From the NCBI RefSeq assembly GCF_963853765.1, contig NC_088856.1:43896001-43960000 (forward strand): a stretch of DNA of 64,000 nt, in the 5' to 3' direction. Below the pieces are notes generated by a model, which had not been told where the DNA came from, ran no database searches, and saw only the letters and a program-made list of their open reading frames with translations. The position numbers and the translations under genes were made by a program. Within the stretch, counting starts at the first letter, position 1; each line of letters starts with the position of its first letter. Origin of the DNA: Magallana gigas. Taxonomy: Eukaryota. Positions 61,115 to 64,000 of the stretch are shown one piece after another.

Positions 61115-62586
61115 TATTGAACTCTGGCGTAGGAATAATACAACTGCAACAAAACTTCTAAATTGTTCGTACTATTTAAAATCTGACTATTTCTTAGGAA
61201 TTTATAAATAAGTTTCCATTTATAAAAATACTACAGCGTACATTACATCGAATTTATCGATTATTTTCAAGAACTAACTCTTGTCAGCGGTGATAATTTG
61301 GGCTTGGGTCCAAACATTGTTTCAGTTTTGGTTTGCCAGAGTAACTGCATAGGAGAGTTGATTAAAATCAACTCCCAAAAATAAATATGATCCTTTATTT
61401 TTTATTTTGTATCAAAATGCCTACTAACAATGCTATTCGAATTTTCGGTGTCTGTCCTATTTCTAATGATATAACTATTATAAAAAAAATTAACTATATA
61501 TTTAAAGTAAACCGTTCCCAGAAAATTTAAACGTAAGCATTACCATGTTTTTAAAAAAGATACGACAGAGGCACTCAGCACAATCTTAGCATATACCTTA
61601 CCATTCATATAGTCGTATTACCTGCACCATAGGTGAAATGACGTCATAATGTATTCTATTCTTCTACATTTTGCAAAGTTTTTGATATTCATATTATATT
61701 ACCAACCCCAACTCATTTAACTGTTACTATTAATACTGGAAATCAATATACGGAATGAATAATATGAGAAGAAACACGATTATTTTTTTTTTTAATTTTG
61801 ATAAAACATCAAATTAAAACACTATTTAAAGGTATTGCTTACAACGCAATAAGAAATATACGAAACCTCTGGGAAATGTCAGACATTTGAATGATTTAAA
61901 ACATTAACCAGACGAACTGAGAATTGTTTGGAGATTTTTAACATCAGCGGAAACTTAGGATGTTATCGCTCCAGCGCGTTCAATACCCTGGTTCATGAAC
62001 TAAGTATTTGCGTTTTACTCCCCTGATTGATATACAATGTCTGTATGAAAGGTGGGGGTTGGAAGTCTTAGTCTAAACTTAAAAGACATGACGCACCAAT
62101 ACTGATCGCATCCTTATACTTTTCTTCATTAACGACGCTCACTAGGGAAATTAGCAGAGTTGTCTATCCTACAGTGAATGACATTACTAATAATGAGGAA
62201 GTGTCCATCAAAGGACACAGGACGGGCATTAATAAAAACCTTATATGGACAAGTATTTATCTGATCCTTGCCACGAGGAAGTCTAATCAATGAGGCCAAT
62301 AAGAAATTCGTATTTGTATATTAGTTGAATATAATGGATTACTTAATATATACAATTATCACAATACCAGTGTCATAAAGGGGTCAGAATGAATAAGTCT
62401 GATCAAAAGTAATTTCGATTTTTGAAAATGAATAAAAGTATTTTTTTTTTTTTTTTGTAAAATTGTAAAAGGCATCTTAAATGGTGTTGTAGAATCACTA
62501 AGTTTCATTAAACGAAACTGTTACTTCGCATTGTATTTTTAAGAAAATTACTTTATGTGCAGTTTTTCTTCCAATGAATAATTGTG

Positions 62587-63173
62587 AAAGAACTATATAT
62601 ATGATATTAGTCAAATTTGGCCCCCAAAATTCGCAATTTTTAAAATCATTCATGTACATTAATTTGTTGGGTTATTTTATAAAAGAGTTGACATAAAATA
62701 TGTTTTTCACCTATTTATTTTATTAATATGCACTCATTGGCAGTATATGACGTCAGAAGTGACGCTATTTTGATAATTCAATCAAAATCAGTCAAAAATG
62801 GACATTTTTCTTATCTTTTTTCAAATGGGAAATATAGAGCGACTCTTTAAACAAGAACAAACTTTTTGTCACTTATAAGTATTGGAGAGATACATCTTTG
62901 GTGAAAATATTTTGTTTGTTCAAGCAGTCGCTCAATGTTTCCTTAAAGAAAAACTGCTTAAAAACAAGCCGTTTTATGCTAAAAATGAGAAAATGGTGGG
63001 AAAAGGTTAACGTTATGATGCCATATTTTTAAATTGTGGGCACTTAAAATCAAAATGACAATTATGAAAAAACTTCAAATGTATATTTGTACACATAAAA
63101 CAAAAAATTGCAGTAAAATAACAATGTACATTTAAGGGGGCCATTTTTTGGGTCAAACTATATATAGTCCTTT
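62587..63173. mobile_element. Non-autonomous DNA transposon with imperfect TIRs
   Basis: aaagaactatatatat...tttggccccc / gggggcc...caaactatatatagtccttt. Confidence 0.55.
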
Positions 63174-64000
63174 GCTAAAAAAAAAAAAGAAAGTGATCTT
63201 TTGAACAGGTTTAAGGGGGCTCAATGCTCGTGGCCGTTTTTAGACTGTATTGATCTCCTTTAGAAGAAGATCTCTATATAAAGCTAAGGGAAAATATTCA
63301 ATTATAAGGGCAAACTTTATGTACACTTTACTTTTTAAATGACTGTGTAATTTAGCTACACAAACCATATCTTAATTAAAACTTTACGTAGATCCGATAG
63401 TAAATTTTTATGAAAACAGACTCCTTAACGAATTGCTATGTATCGTACATTGTTTTTTGGGTTTTTTGTTTTTTTTTTAATTTATTTAATATCATTATTT
63501 GTTAAATTGATTTACTATATTGTCATGTTGAAAATTTTGATTTTACTGGGTGATTTAAATACAAAATTTACAACCTGACAACATGTAAGTTTTGTATCTA
63601 AATCCACCAATTTACAAAATTTACAACATGACAATAAAAAAAAAAATGACAATAACAAACCGTCAACCATCTCAAAAATATTATTCAATTGGGTAGTTTT
63701 GAGATCAAAATAAATTCAAGTAGTGCATATACATGTATTTAGTATATTAATAAGCATTATTTGAACACAAACTGTGTACATATACATATCTTAATCAGCC
63801 ATATGAATAAATGATTGTCTTATTTTGGATTAGTTTACAGTTGAAATAAGGCACAGTTGAACAAGATATCGCGATTAAAGCTGTACATCAATATGTAGAC
63901 AAATAATTCAATGTTAAAATTAATAATAATAATAAAACATATCATAGCAATAATACCTTTTCACTTTGTGAATATTGTCCGTTATTTACTTCACTCGATG

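Overview
AT-rich animal genomic DNA. The B-box/NHL TRIM type and the repeat families suggest a bivalve, oyster-like genome (inference). Host genes: a RING-less B-box/coiled-coil/NHL TRIM-like gene (-), a small secreted or surface EGF + Thr-rich mucin protein (+, 2 coding exons), a six-exon secreted two-FAS1 (fasciclin/TGFBI-like) gene (+), and two paralogous single-coding-exon class A peptide-type GPCRs (-). Mobile DNA: a ~7.7 kb defective Ty3/Gypsy LTR retrotransposon with a tRNA-Leu PBS, a TTTAAAC -1 frameshift site and a PPT. Its integrase is deleted at a fold-back inversion, and it carries an extra zinc-finger/coiled-coil ORF. Also present are a decayed THAP gene, a Crypton-like fragment with hairpins, a non-autonomous Helitron, HINE-like pieces, many MITEs, and mini/microsatellites. 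The most unusual item is at 56233-56646: seven copies of a 19-bp repeat separated by unique 19-37 bp spacers. It looks CRISPR-like but has no cas genes, the repeats sit (best for R2 and R6) in the loops of stems formed by the flanking spacers, and a perfect 16-bp inverted repeat closes the whole array. All calls were made by eye from the sequence and the ORF track; no searches were run.
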